Assembly (NCBI RefSeq): GCF_036321535.1
Contig: NC_087437.1
Coordinates: 118,856,001-118,920,000, forward strand
Direction of reading: 5' to 3'
Length of the DNA stretch: 64,000 nucleotides
DNA from: Camelus dromedarius
Taxonomy: Eukaryota
Below the pieces are notes generated by a model. The model ran no database searches, was not told where the DNA came from, and saw only the letters and a program-made list of their open reading frames with translations. Of this stretch, positions 11,301 to 26,200 are shown in pieces. A program made the translations under genes and the position numbers. Each line of letters begins with the position of its first letter. The stretch's first letter is position 1.

Positions 11301-14197
11301 TCCGTTGATCTCTTTCTCCATTTTTGCACCAGCCTCACAGTGTTTTGGTTGCTACAGCGTTGTAGTAATTATGGGAATCAGGTAGTTTGAGCCTCCAGCT
11401 GTGTTCTTCCTTTTCAGTGTCATGTGACCGTTGTAGGCGTCTGTAGACTTTTTATGTTTACCTTGCTTGTTAATATGATTAGACTTGGAAAGATCATTGT
11501 GCTTTTTGTTTTCCACATATATTTGTCTTTTACTTAATTTCTTCTATCCTCTTTTGCTGCCTTCTTTTGAATTAATCAAGTTTTTGTGAGTGTGTGTGTG
11601 TGATTCCATCTTACCTCCCTTATGGACCTACTGAGTGTAATGGTGTCAGGGAACACACTGTGCGTCTTTAACATATCAAATGTGCCTTCTGATGCTGCTC
11701 TGCTTCTTCACGTGCAACGTGAGAACCTTACATTAGCGTGCCTCCATTTCTGTCCTCTCACCGTTCATGCTGCTTTTATCATGACAGTTAATTTTACCAA
11801 TATATTAAACCCCACTGTATATTTCATTACTTTTGTTCAAATAGTGAAATGTCTTTTGAAGATATTTAAGTAATAAAAAAGTACATTTGTCACTGCTTGT
11901 GATGTAAGTTTTTTGGTGTGGATTCAGATTTTACTCAACGGCCCTTTCCCTCCAGTTGACCATCCGTGTTGCCGTTCCCTGTAGGGCAGGTCCGCTGATG
12001 ACGTAGTCACTGACCCGTGTGCGTCCAAAGCAGTGCTTCGTCACTTTCCTCCCGGGGAGATCTTTTTGCTCGGTGGGGAATCCTAGGTTGATGGTTTTCG
12101 TCAGCACTTTAAAAACGCTGTGCCACTGTCTTCCGACTTGCATTGTTTCCAGCGCGGAATCTGCTGTGAATCTCACTTGTGCGCCTCTGCGTGTAACCTG
12201 TCATGTTCTGGCTGCTTCACACACTTTCCCTTTATCTCTGGCTTTGAGCAATTTGTCGGTCATGTGCCCCGATGTCACTTACTTTACGTTTTTTATGCTT
12301 CTGGTTCGTTGAGCTTTTTGGATCTTCAGGTCAATAATCTTCACCAGGCTTGGGTAAATTCTAGCTGTTATTTCTTCAAACACTTATTTCTGTTTCAGTC
12401 CCACTCTCTTTGGGGAACCCGAATCACCCGTATATTTGAGGCTGATTGAATTGTCCCTCTCTGGAACATGACCTGCAGATATGACAAAAATCTCCACCTG
12501 TCCTCCCCCAGGGGCCCGAGAACAACCTGTACAGCCAGTACGAGGAGAAGATTCGGCCGTGCATCGACCTCGTCGACTCCCTGCGGGCCCTGGGCGTGGA
12601 GCAGGACCTGGCCCTGCCCGCCATCGCCGTCATCGGGGACCAGAGCTCGGGCAAGAGCTCCGTGCTGGAGGCGCTGTCGGGGGTCGCCCTTCCCCGAGGC
12701 AGCGGTAAGCCCTTGGCCTCGTGTTCCTCCGCCGAGGCTGCCGCGACAGAGCACCTCAGAGGGCGGTGGAAGCGCGAGCGGCGTAGGGCTCAGCGCTCTG
12801 GAAGCTGAGAGCCCGCGCGCGAGCTGGCGGCGGGGCGCTTTCTCCCGAGGCCTGTCTCCGCGGCTCACAGAGAGCCGTGTCCTCCTTGTGGCTTCACGTG
12901 GCCTCTTCTCTGCGTGCAGCCGTGTCTGGCTTCTCGTCCTCTTTTTATAAGGATGCCAGGCATGTTGCTAGGGCCCCACTTTAGGACCTCGTTTAATGTT
13001 AATGACTTCTTTAAGGAGAGAGGCCCATCTTCAAGTATAGTCGCGCTGGGCGTGCGGGCTTCTACTGAGGACGTTGTGGGGGATGGAATTCAGGCAGTAA
13101 CCCCCCCTCATCGCAGAGTGTGGACTGTCTGCAACCTGCAGGGTGGAGGGCTGGTGAAATGTATGTGGGACCCCAGCCTCGAATGCTCTGCATGTTGCTG
13201 CCTTTCCTGAGCCCCTTCCCAGGAGCTGACCCTCCGTCCGGGGGTAAAGGTTAGTGCTCTGGTTAGGGTGCTGCTTGAGCTACGAGGCCAAGGATCAGGG
13301 AGGCCTCGAGGGATGAAGGCCGACCTGGCTGGGTCTTGAAACACAGGTCAGATGTGAAGGCGGGTGGGACCTGGAGTTGTTAGCAAAGGGACGTTGTGAG
13401 GTGGCCTGGTGAGGGCAGTGGGCCTTCCCGATAGGAGCGGGCTGTGTGCGCCTGGGTGGTGGACGATGTCTGCAGACGTTTGGGGTTTCCCACTGCAGTT
13501 TGCCTCCTGAGCTGATGGAGACCGCGGGGTGGGGGAGCAGGAGGTCTAGCGTAGTGGCTTCATGCCTCAGTGAGCCAAACGCCACCTGAAATGCCCAGTC
13601 AAGATGCGCAATCTGGAGCCCCTCCAGAAGGAGCGCGGCGGGCTGTCAGAGGGTGCGAGCAGCAGGTGTGCAGTTTCAGCGGTCTCCCCAGATGACTGTA
13701 CGGAACTCGGAGAGCCACTGATGTCAGGCCGCCGTACAGGACCGTGAAGAATATAGATCTGACGGGAGCGACCTCCTAGGTATTGTTACGAGATGTCCTC
13801 TGGTGCTGAAACTGAAAAAACTTGTGAACGAAGATGGATGGAGAGGCAAAGTCAGTTTCCGGGACTACGAGGCCGAGATTTCAGATCCTTTGCAAGTGGA
13901 AAAGGAAGTCAATCAAGGTAAGTGTCCCGTGTTCATCACTTATTTGAACATCTGGTCAACTGGGTGACCTGGGTGGGATCGCCCATCGCTGTTCCCACTC
14001 TCCCCTTTCTGGGCTTGTCCTGGTCCTTGGGGCACCCTTTCCTTTCCTTCCTCCTTTATATGAGGCCCCCAGCTCCCTTGTATGTTCTCTTCTTTTACTT
14101 TCATTGTGACCAGTGTTTTGACAGCGACCTGTATTCAATACTTTGTAATGGCTTCTACTGGAAAATAATAGGAAAAGGAATATACATATATATGTGA

Positions 14198-14234
<37 letters not shown>

Positions 14235-17200
14235 AATGAATCAGTATGCTATACACCAGAAATTAACACATTGTAAATTGACTATAATTCAATTTTTAAT
14301 ATTGGGGGAAAAATACCAGTGCCTTGGACAGAATCTGATCTCAGTGATTTATTGCCTAGTATTTATGTAAGCATCTGAACATAATGTCAGGTTTGAAGCT
14401 TGTGTTCTAATACGGAGGACTTCTCCTTTATTCAAGGGCTCCCCGACTGCACAGATATGATGGAAGAGGCATCAGGGTGCGGGGTGGGGGAATCCCCTTT
14501 CCTGTTAACTTGGTAAAAAGGCATTCCAAAATGCTGACTGCATCCTTGCTGAATCCCGCTCAGCACTGGAGGTTCTTTTCCCCCAGGAGCGTGATGTGAG
14601 CATTTGCACAGTCCTAGCTGCAGCAGATTTATGGCAGCTCCCAGTAAATGCAAACCACGGGGATTAGTTTACCAGTCTGAAACACCTGAAAGGAGAGCAG
14701 GTCCAGCAGATAGGGACAAAACAATGATGCACTTAGCTGCTGCTACGTGTAAGTGAGATGAGCACACAACTTTTCCTTACTGACTTTAATTTCTTCCTAG
14801 CATGTCACATAATTCAATTCCAGTCATTTGAGAAATGACATTAACTGATATCCAGCAGTAGGAAACTGTGGGTCTGACTCATGTAAAGATGGAAGCACTG
14901 ATGATCTTTTATTGGCTGTTCTGCAAAGTTTAAATAATGATATAATCAAATGTTACTGTGTGTTTTGGGGATTACATTGCCTGCCTGGTGCAGAAAAGTC
15001 GAAATCACTGTGCGTATCAGTTAGCCCTTGCTGTGTAAGAAAACAAGCTCAAAGCCTTATGGCTTAGAAGGGTACATTTCTTGTGATTCAGAGGGTCAGC
15101 CGGGCAGTTCTTTCCCTCTGGGCTGTCTTGGCTGCGGCCAGCACTCTAGGACCGCCTCAGGCACTTATCCCAAGGCTGGGCTGGAATAACCAGGACTTGT
15201 ATCCCTGTGGTCTGTTACCCTTCAGGAGGCTGGGCGGGGCTTTGTTACGTGGTGGTGGAGCAGTTCCAAGCAGCGAGCCCAATGTGTAAGCACCTGTGAA
15301 TGTCTACTAGAATATGTTCTGTAATGTCCTATTAGCCAAAGAAAGTCACGTGATTGAGCCCAATTTGAAGGAGCAAACTCCCTGCATGGGACAAGTAGCA
15401 GTCACCCTGTAAAGCAGCAAGCTTCCCCGATGGGAGGGAATATGACACTATTTGTGCAAGCGAGTTACTAACACAGGGGTTTAAAGAATGTTCCAGTTTT
15501 ACTTCTCGCTCTTGTAGAAGTCTGAAGGTGGGCAGACCACAGGTGGTGTGGGGGTTCCAGGGTCAGGAACCCAGACTCCCATCTGTTCTCTCTGTTCTGT
15601 GTAGCCTGCAGTCCCAAGGCTGCCTCGTGATTCAGTCAGCAAGTCTCCATTCGGGTCAGCTGGACATTGGCAATGGCACATCGTATCTTAAGCACATTTT
15701 CTGGAGGTTGCACGTAGTGTCTTCACATCTGTCCCACAAGCCCCCCTGAATCTCATGACCACGTCTCCGGGAAATAGATTTGAGGGAAAAACTCAGCAGA
15801 TTGGCCGCACATACCACTGTTGTTATTGTTTCCATTCTGCGTCCTTGACTGCTAGGAATCATACCAAAAATACGTTCTCAGTGTAGACAGCGGTAATGTA
15901 GTGTTAGCTAACGATCTGACGAACTGGATTCATATCTTGAAATGTCATTACTCAGGAGGACGTGGCAAAATGAAATCCCTCAAGGGACTCCCAGCAGCTA
16001 ACGTTCATCTTGCCCGAGCCAAGCACATTCCCCTCTGTAATATTCGACGTCATGTTTCAGGAACCACCATGTATTTTTATTTGCTTTAATTTTACTTGGT
16101 TGTTAAGTTCCTACTGCATCCATGGGGGCAGTTAGGTGTGACAGCAGAACTTACCGGCTCTGCTCAGGTTAGGACTGGTGCCGCTGGGTGTCATCTTTAG
16201 AGATGTTTTCACTGGATCCCTCTGCAGACAATTCTAGCCAATGGCAGTGACAAAACCGAGTTATCTTTTGAAGCCCTGTTTTGCTCTAGAAAAGGGAATC
16301 TGCTCCAAACAGGCCTTATCCGTGAATCACAGCGGGTGGAGGTTGCTTTCAGAGGATTCGCTGTAATGAGAGATTCCATCCTAAGCTCTATTCAAATTTT
16401 CTTGTTTGCTCTTCTCCAGCCCAGATTGCCATCGCTGGGGAAGGAGTGGGAATCAGCCATGAGCTGATTAGTCTGGAGGTCAGCTCGCCTAACGTCCCGG
16501 ATCTAACCCTGATAGATCTTCCCGGCATCACCAGGGTGGCCGTGGGCAATCAGCCACACGACATTGAATACCAGGTGAGACTTCAAGCTGCATCCTGGCC
16601 TGGGCACTCACGCATCAGTCAGATCAGGACTGAGTTTGAAGAGCGGGTGACAGGGGTTGTCATAGGGAAACCTACGAAGTTTGTGATGGTCGAAATCTAC
16701 TCCACCAGGATAGGAGGAAGCTTCTGCGGAAAGAGGGAAACAGGTAAAGTTGGAAGTGCATTTTGTGGTTTATGCAGTGGTTTGTTTTTGCTGACAGTGA
16801 CATGTTGTCACATACCTAAACTGGCACTTTTCAGGAAGGGGGTTCATGTGGGAAGGGACAGCATGGGCACAACTATAATGCTGCTTCTGACTCAGGGAAC
16901 CTCATTCTGTGGAGTAAAGATTTCGGGAAATGCAAGCAGCTCTTCTGGCATCTTGTTTTTCATCGTGATCATCAGCTTTGAGGTCTGAGGAGATAATTAA
17001 TAAGCTAAAACCTCACAGTTTTCCCTGACCTCAGAGCTCTCTTTCAGCCACAGAGAGCTCAGTTTCTCCGGCTTGGAAAGTGCCACCAGGCTTGTGTCGC
17101 GGACTCATTTCTCTGTAGTTGCTTCTTTGGGGGAAATACCTCTGGGACAGGGAGGGCCTGAAGCTAGTACGAGGGAAGGACCTGTCTTAACTCTCATACC

Positions 17201-20200
17201 CTCTCATTTTCCAACAGATCAAGTCTCTCATCAGGAAGTACATCCAGAGGCAGGAGACGATCAACCTGGTGGTGGTCCCCTGTAACGTGGACATCGCCAC
17301 CACCGAGGCCCTGCGCATGGCTCAGGAGGTGGACCCCGATGGGGACAGGACCATAGGTAAGAAGAGGGAGGAGTCTAAACATGGTAGGCGGCTCGACAGC
17401 AGAAAAGCATCCGTTGAATGCAGTGGTTGTTTCTTGGCCCCCAGGCAGGTGGGGGACTGCACCCAGCAGGTGAGGAGCACTTGAGAACCCACTGAGGCCA
17501 GATGAAACGGGCCACATCTGACTCCTGTTGGCCGTGTGTTGGCTCGTGGTCCTTGTCTAGCTGCTTATACTAGGCCTGGTGGGCTCGGGGGGCAGAGCGA
17601 AATCAGGAAGCAGTTATATCCGTTGACAAGGCATTTGAAGCACTACAGCCCGAGTGTCCCGGACAGCTGAAAGGACACAGGAAGTGTGACGTGTCCATGC
17701 GCTGCTAGAGCCGTCAGCCTTAAAAAGGAAGGACGTTCTGACACGTGCGCCAGTGTGTATGGACCTTGAAGACATTAGGCTCAACGAAATGAGCCAGTGC
17801 GAGCGCACAGACCCGTGGGACCCACTTTCATGGCGGATGGAGAGGAGTCAGGTTCAAAGAGACACAGTCGAGTGCGGGGAACGGGCGGGGGAGGAGGCAG
17901 CTGCTGGTGGAGACAGAGTCTCAGCTGTGGGAGCTGGAAGGTTTGGAGGCGGACAGGAGAGCGCGCTGCACCGCAGTGCGAGAAAGGCTTAGCGCCCTGA
18001 GCTGCTCACCTAAAAGCGGTTAGAATTGTCAATTTTATGTTTAAAACCTTGCATTTGGCTGTGAACAGTGGAGGACCTGAGTCCAGGGGCTGAAACAAAT
18101 GGAGATTTATCCTCACACAGAAGAAGTAACCTGGGCAGAGGCCTCTCCCCTCTCTGCCCGTGGGCGGTGAGCCTTAAGGACCGGTCTCTCCTCCACCCTC
18201 AGCCGTGGTCCTGACTCCTCCCTCGTCCTGCCGCGCACCAGGCCCGGGGCGAGAGTCTCTCGGCCAGGGCAGCAGCTGCCAGTGGACCCGGGAAACCTGA
18301 GGGTTCGATCTGTCCTGGCCTCACTAGCATTCAGCCTGGGCCGTCACCCAGGCCCAAAACCCGGAGGGGTCCACGCGTGCTGCAAGGCTGTGCCACTGCC
18401 GTCTTGTGGTACCCAACGTCTGAGCATGGGTCTCTGCGTTTTCCTTCTGCAGGGGGCCCCACAAATGATGTAGCTGGTCTTGGCCCGTCCTGTGTTTCTC
18501 AGAATGTGCGCCAGGCCCCACATGCATCAGAAATCACTGGAGAATTTGTAGAAACACAAGTCCCTGGCTCCCACTGAAAGTCTAAGGCTGATCCCTGGGG
18601 AGGGCCTGAGAGTCTGCATTACAGGGCTCACCTGAAGGCGGTTCAGCTGCCCAGGGAAGTGAGAGCAGTGTCGTAGAGAGTGGCCTCTTCCACTGGTCGG
18701 AAGGGACTCAGAAAGGCCAGGAGATGCTGCCGTGTCTCTGGGTGCTGTGTGCATGGGGAGAACCCACAGCCAGGTGTCCTCACAGCAGCAGGGACTCGCA
18801 CCTTTGTCCTGCTGGCCCCATCGTCTGCCCTCCAGCAAAGGTGGGAGGAATCCGGGGACCAGGGGACCGTCCTCCCCAGGGCCGGGAGCTCTGCTCACTT
18901 CTCACTGTGGGAAGCTTTGGGAGCTCTCTAATCGGAGGTCTCTGGCCTGCAGGAATCTTGACAAAGCCTGATCTTGTGGACAAGGGCACTGAAGACAAGG
19001 TGGTGGACGTGGTACGAAACCTCGTCTTCCACCTGAAGAAGGGCTACATGATCGTTAAGTGCCGGGGCCAGCAGGACATCCAGGCCCGGCTGAGCCTGGC
19101 CAAGGCCCTGCAGAGGGAGCAGGCCTTCTTTGAGGACCACACACATTTCAGGTACGTGCATCAGTGTCTTCCTGAGGCTAAAACAAAATCACGGACCTCC
19201 ATCCTCAGGGGGGAGGATGGATGCCGTCCAAAAGCAGATACTGAGCGTAGTCGTGTGCGTTTGTTCCTGGACAGTAACCTCAGAATTTGCTTCAAATTCT
19301 CAAGGAAGAATTGACAACATGTTGCAAAAGGCAAATTTAAAATTCAAAATAAGAAAGAGACTTTCTGCCATAATTTAAATAGTATAGTTCTCAAACAAGA
19401 CTATAAATGTAGGTGCAACAGAATAGGTGGAAAATCCAGAAATTGACTCAGATTGATATATTTGGTCTTGGATAAATGTGGCATTTGAAAGCCCTGGGCT
19501 ACAGCAGTTTATCCATCAGTGGCTTTGAGATCATTGTGTAATATTTGGGAAAAATTTATTGTGCCCCTACTTAGTATGGGATCCAAAATAAATATCAATT
19601 GAAATTTAAAATTAAATACAAGAAAGACACCTTAAGCATCCCAGAGGAAAACAGAGGTGGAGAGTTTATAATCCCATATCTTGCTAACTCTATTGCCGAA
19701 AACAAAATTTTTTAAAAAGGAAAAAAGACTTTTAAATTGGTTAGATTTGAAATAATGAGAAGATGTTGAGTTGATGGGAAAGGAGGGGTGTGGGCCTTCA
19801 CCTCTGCTACTGGGAGCATGTGCTGTGGTCACATGCGAGCCAGTCTGAGCAGGTGTATCCTCGAGGCTGAGTTCTACTTCTGGGAATTCTACCCAGGAAA
19901 ATACAGGGATGTGTGCAGTCCTGTAGGCTAAAGGGTGTTCGGCACAGATTTGTTTTTAATCATGAAAATTTGGAATCTAAACGTTGGAAATCGTGGGGTT
20001 TGTATACATGAACCAGAGTAAGAGACTGCAGACTTTGCAAGCATTCGAGAGCTGTGTCAATCAGATGCCAACACAAAGGTGCATATAGATGCTGAGAACA
20101 AAGGGACACAGTCACTGAGAGCCCTTGTGTGCAGACATGCGCTCGTGGGTGGAGACCCACGTGCTTTGTCACCGCATCGCACTGAACTCCCCCAGAAGCC

Positions 20201-23200
20201 TGCAGAGACACGTGCTTCAGAAGAGACACCTGTGCACTCGTGTTCGCAGCAGCGTTCTTCACAATAGCTACCGCGTAGAAACCACCTGCGTGTCCGCTGA
20301 CAGATGCCTGGAGAAACAAAATGTGGTCCATCCAGACAGTGGACTCGGCCTGAAAAAGGAAGGAAATTCTGACACAGGCTGTGACACAGATGAACCTGGG
20401 GGACAGTGTGCTCAGTGAAATAAGCCAGTCACAAAAACACAAGCCCTGTATGATTCCATCACACGAGGTCCCTAGAGGAGTCAGCGTCACAGAGACAGAG
20501 AGTGGAAGGATGGTTCCCCGGGTCTGGGGGCAGGAAGTGGGGAGCTGCTGCTGATGGGTCAGAGTTTCAGTTCGGGAAGAAGATTTGGTTCTGGAGGTGG
20601 GTGGCGGTGATGGTCGCACAACAATGTAATTGCACTTAATACCCCTGAGTGTGCACCTACACGTGGTTAAATGGTGGATTTTATGTTATGTATATGGTGG
20701 ATTTTATGTTATGTATATTTTTACACAGTTTACAAAATCGACAGGGGTGGAAACTGAAAGGGAGGTGTCCGTGTACTACCACAAATCTGCCTGAAAATTC
20801 ACGCCTCCTGGCTTGAATCCTTCATCCTCAAAAGCCCTTTAAAATGTAGGAAGCCCTGTAACCGCTCAGCCGGTGAACACAGATTTGAAAGCGTGAGAGG
20901 AGAGCTTGGCTTCCTCCCTCCCAGCGCCCGAGGTCTCAGTTCTCGTCCTGGGGAAGGTGCGCCCCCTCGTTCAGAGTGCACCCCACACCTGTGTAAACAC
21001 ACGTCAGTACATTTTCATGAAGCCCGGGGCCGAGATGCGTCGTGTACACAGAAGGGCGTGCACGTTATGAACACACAGCTAGAGGACACTATCTTTATAA
21101 AGACCGGTTCTCTAGGCCGATGTCCTGAGTCAGAGTCAATGTCTCAGCTGGGCGGGATCATTCTATACCATTTTCGAAATACCCAGCATCACTAAAATTC
21201 AGCCCTGGTTCCATGCGCCCCAGTTCTGAGCACTTCCTGGGCACTGGCAGCAGGACAGCACACCCCGTGGGGAGGACCTGGAGTTGCCGTGGCTTCTCCC
21301 GGCAGCAGTGAGCAGGCTTGCGTCGTCCGGCCAGACCCAGGTGGACGTGTTCGCTGTCTTCTCTTGCAGGGATCTTCTGGAGGAAGGGAGGGCCACGGTC
21401 CCCCGCCTGGCGGAGAAACTGACCGCAGAGCTCATCACGCACATCTGTGTAAGTGCACGCAGAGCGGCCCGTTCTCTGAATAGAGTCCCGCAGGCGCGAA
21501 GCTGGGCCGCGCTGGTCACTCACTGCGACCTCCTGGGGGCCTTAGTGAGGCGCAGGGCACCCCGATGCGGCCTGGGCTCCCCAGGTGTTGCGGACGTTGC
21601 CCGTCAGAGACCCACACGCTGAGTGGGATGCTGATGGTGCGGATGCACTTGGCCTGGGTGAAAACTAGACTCTCCGAGCACGGCACCACCCGCTCCTTTC
21701 TCACTGCCAACCGCTGTCATGGCGTCGGGGTCGCTGTGACGGTCGTGTGGGCCACTTCTGAGATTTCTCTGTGGTCCTTTTCAAATCTGCCTGGACAGAG
21801 TCTCTTGCTTTTTCACATTTACAAACCTTTTATACCATGTCTTTGCTCGTATTTCTGTCTTTTTTTTCACGGGATGATTCCAACGTCGGCAGCCGGGTTC
21901 TCCCAGCCGTCCCCAAGGGACTTGGCTGGAGTTGGGACTGTGAGCCTCTCTTTCCTGGAACCTGGTCTGAGGGTGTCTGTGGGGGCCTAGGTTCAAAAGG
22001 GCTTCTGCAGGGAACACCGTGTTTGTTTCTGCCAGGCCCCAGGCAGGCCCTTTAGTGTTTCTGAATCACGTTAGATTTTCAGCCTGAGTTTGGGGACACT
22101 TTAGGGAGTGTGACGTTGAAAGTGTAGATGTGTTTGAGTGCTGGCTTGTGGTTACAGATTCCCAGGGGAGACTTTCTCTCCCCTCCTCCCAGCCCCGGCG
22201 TTCAGGCCAGGAGTGGGGCCGGACGGCAGGGGTGTTCCTTGCTGACCGTTACAGTGAGAGCGGAGCTGGCTGGAGTCCCGGCTGCATGCAGGACTCCCCG
22301 CCTTGCGCAGCCCACTGTACATTTAGCCCTTCCCCCGGCACCCTGGCACCTGAGTCACTGGGCACCCACTGTCACCTGGCCTTGGAGTTCTGTCTCTGAC
22401 CTGCCCCTGCCGGCTCACTGACACATTTAAAGGGGTGCTTGTGACCCTCAGGCCAGCAGTTTGAGGTGTTTGCGGTTGGCGGGCAAGCCAGCAGGTGCAG
22501 TCACCATGTGATGAGAGACAGAAGTCCCTGATAACTTTTAATCGGTTAACAACAACCTACAAATGTTGAATTTCAAATTATTCCGATGGCCACTTTTTCA
22601 GGACCCACTAGACACACGGGTTTTGCTAGTCCCCCTGAGGACAGTTTATGCCACAGGCTCCCAGAGGGACGTGGTCCTTGTGTTGCTGTCACAGGACCCG
22701 TAGGCACGCAGCGTGGCTCTGAGGCTGCTTCCACAGGAGCGGGCAGGGGGGAGGCCTAATGGGCAGCAGTTCCTGCTCCCACACCCCCCTCCTTTGGGAA
22801 CATCTGCCTTCTAGAGGGGCCAGGAATGGAGCGCCCTGGGCCACTGTCCAGCACCTGCAGGAGAACCCCGGGCCTCTGCTCATCCTGCCCACATCTGTGT
22901 ATTACCATTGTTTTCTGTTCTCAGAAATCCCTGCCCCTGTTAGAAAATCAGATAAAGGAGAGTCACCAGAAAATATCAGAGGAGTTACAGAAGTGTGGCT
23001 CCGACATCCCGGAAGACAAAAGTGGAAAAATGTTCCTTCTGATAGAGGTGAGTGTTGCCAGGGGACCAAGCTGCAGACTCGTGCGTCACTGTGCGGAAAG
23101 GGGTCGTGTTCCTCGGGCACGTCTGTCTTCACTCCCCCAGAGCTAATCCAGGTCACTCTGCCCCTTTGGCACCGAAAAGGGGCCGGGCTTAGGGGACCAT

Positions 23201-26200
23201 CCCACTGCTGCCATTGGCTCCTCATCAGGGGGACCCTGAAGGCAGGGAGGGCGGGAGGGGGTCATCCGCTGCCAAAGCCTCTTCTCTCCCCTCCGCGCAC
23301 AAACCCCTCAGGCAGGAAAGAGGGACTCGCCCTCCGCTTCATGCATGCGACCCCCAGACCACCTTGCTCGTATCTGGAGTATCTACCCTTATCCATGTGT
23401 TTTTCTTCTTGACAGAAAATTGATGCGTTTAATAAGGAGATCACAGTTTTAATTCAAGGGGAGGAATGCGTGGGGGAGCACAAGTCTCGGCTGTTTACCA
23501 GAATCCGAAGTGAGTTCAGCAAATGGAGTGCTGTGATCGAAAAACATTTCCAAAAAGGTGAGCCCAGGCAACAAGGGAGACCTGGCAAGGGGGTCGAGCC
23601 CAGGGCGGGGTGGGGGAGATGCCGTTGGTGAAGGCGGCCACGGTAAGGGGTTAGTAGTGGGAAAGTCTCGTTTGCCGTTTCATATCCCTGAGTCTGGCCC
23701 GGAAGCCTCTAGTACCGATTTCAAAGGACACCCAGAGAGAAAACGCAGCCTCCCTGGCCCGTCTCCTTGGAGACGCTCAGAAGAGCAGCCCTCCGTCCGC
23801 AGAGAGCCCGTGGGCCTGGCGCGTGTGTGAGGCTCTTTGCGTTGCCAGTCGGGCTGCCCCTGAAACGGCCCCGATTCCCTCTCCCTTAACCTACCGAGGC
23901 CTTGAAGCCTGAGGCGTTTGGTGATAGATTTCACAGCCGCAGTGATGAAAGGCACAGAGAACAGCACGTGAGGTACCAGCCTCGCATCATCAAAGCCTCC
24001 AGAGTCTGAAAAAGGTAGACACTGTGATCTGAAGTTTACTTTTAATATTTCAAGACGCCTGAAGCTAATCATAGATCAGCCACTGAGGACAATATCAAGT
24101 AACTTTGCTTTTATTCAAACAACTTGGGGTGGCAGGTGTGTTCCTTATTGATTTCGGCTGACCCCAGGTTCAGATTGGCAGGCCTCCTGGGCTCTGAGTC
24201 AGGAACATGGGAAGATAAATCATGCAAGTTTCTACATAAAGCAGAGGTGACACCTTTGTTCCTTGCCAGAGGGCAGGGAGGGTAAGGAACAGTGCCCTTG
24301 AGGGAGAAAAGTCCGGAAAGCTCATTTCGCGGCAGTCACTTGCCCCATTTCCGTGGTCCCTGCGCTGTTTGCAGGAGCTAAATCCACCCGCGGAGAGAGG
24401 GCGGCTCGCTGCTGCGTGCTGTGCCCTCTCGTCAGCCGGGGGACCCCGTTCAAGGACGACGACAGCCCTTGACCTCCAGCGGTCCCCCGTGCACTGTCCA
24501 GCCAGGTTTTTATGGTGTAAGTGTGTAGGGCAGGCGGCCTGTGAGCTAGTGTCTCAGTTTTTAGATGCTAAACCCCTCCCAGCAACGATCAGTTACGTAT
24601 CACTGGGCACCCAAATGCAAGAGAATTAACTGAAACCCCTAACTCACCCTCGAGGCAAAAGATAAACTCAAAATGGGTCAAAAACCAACAAGTATGGCTG
24701 AGACTGTAAAACTCTTAGAAGAAAACATAGGATTAGACCTTCGTGAGCAGGATTCAGCAGTGGTTCTCTTTTCTTCAGACGGGACCCCTAAAAGAGGAGC
24801 AGCAAAAAAAAAAAAAAAGATCATTTGGATTCATCTGAATAGGAACCATTTGTGCATCAGAGAGCGCTAGCACGGAAGTGGAAAGACACCCACAGGTTGG
24901 GAGGGAACATTTACAAATTTTACATCTGACAAGTGTCATGTATTCAGAGTATATAAAAAGCTCTACAGCTCAAGCACAAAAAACAAACAATCCAGTTTAA
25001 GGATGATCAAAGGATTGGTGTAGACATCCTTCCAAGCAAGAAGATGTGCCTGTGGCTAATAAGACCATGACAAGGTGCTCAAGCTCATTATCCAGCAGAG
25101 AAATGCAAAATCAACCCACAGCGGGACGCCACCTCACACTTGCTCGGATGCCTGTCAGCAAAACGTTGACAGGGAGTGTTGACAAGAGTCTAGAGACGGC
25201 AGAACCCCCGCACCGCTGGAGGAAGAATAATGGTGCAGCTGCTCTGGGAAGCTTTCCAGCAGTTCCTCCGGACGCTCAGCATGTGCTGCCACATGACCAG
25301 CGGTTCCATTCGTAGGTCCATCCTCCAGAGAATGGACGTGTGTGTTCACATAAATGCGTTCTGAATGTCCTTGTCAGCACTGTCCATAATGGCCAAGAAA
25401 TGGAAACCACCCATATGTACATCAACTGATGAATGGATAAGCAAATTGTGGTCTGCTGGTACGTATCCATTTGCTAGGGCTGTCGTGCCGAGGGTCTTAA
25501 GCAACAGAAGTTTAATTTCTCATAATGCTGGAGGCTGGACGTCCAAGATCAAGTGTCAACCAGTTCGGGTTCTTCTGAGGCCTCCTGTCTTGGCTTGCCG
25601 GTGGCGGCCCTCTCCCACTGTCCTCACGTGGTCACCCTTCTGGGTGTGTCTGTGTCCTGATCTCCTGCTGTTAGGACCAGTGTTACCGGTGAGGGCTCCC
25701 CTCCTGGTCTCATTTCACCTTCACTGCCTCTTTAAAGGCCCTGTGTCCCAGTACCATCCCATTCTGAGGCACCAGGAGATAGGTCTTCAACAAACGAGTT
25801 CTGGGGAGACAGAGTTCAGCTCTCAGTGGAACATTATTCACCCCTAGAAAGGCACGAGGGACTGGCCCGCGCTACACCTCGGATGAACCTGGAGTCTGTC
25901 AGGCCGAGTGAAAGCGGTCAGGCACAAAAAGCCGCCTGCTGCATGGTTGCACTTATATGGACGTCCAGATGAGGCGAATCCATAGACCTGGAAAGCTGAT
26001 TAGTGGTTTCCAGGGGCTGAGGAGAGAGGGAAACGGGGAGGGACTGCTGGTCGGTACAGGGTTCCATCGTGGGATGGAGTCTTGGGGGATTAGACGGTCT
26101 CGATGGTTGCACCACTTTGTGACTATGCTGAAAACCGTACACCTTAATAGTGTGAATTTTATGGTTTGTGTATTGACCTCAGTTTTTTAAAAATGCCTGT

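Noticed and set aside
12395..12950. Antisense and alternative-frame ORFs over exons (also 34797-35291, 47116-47658, 58106-58618)
   Set aside because: By-products of very high GC3 in real exons, which removes stop codons from other frames
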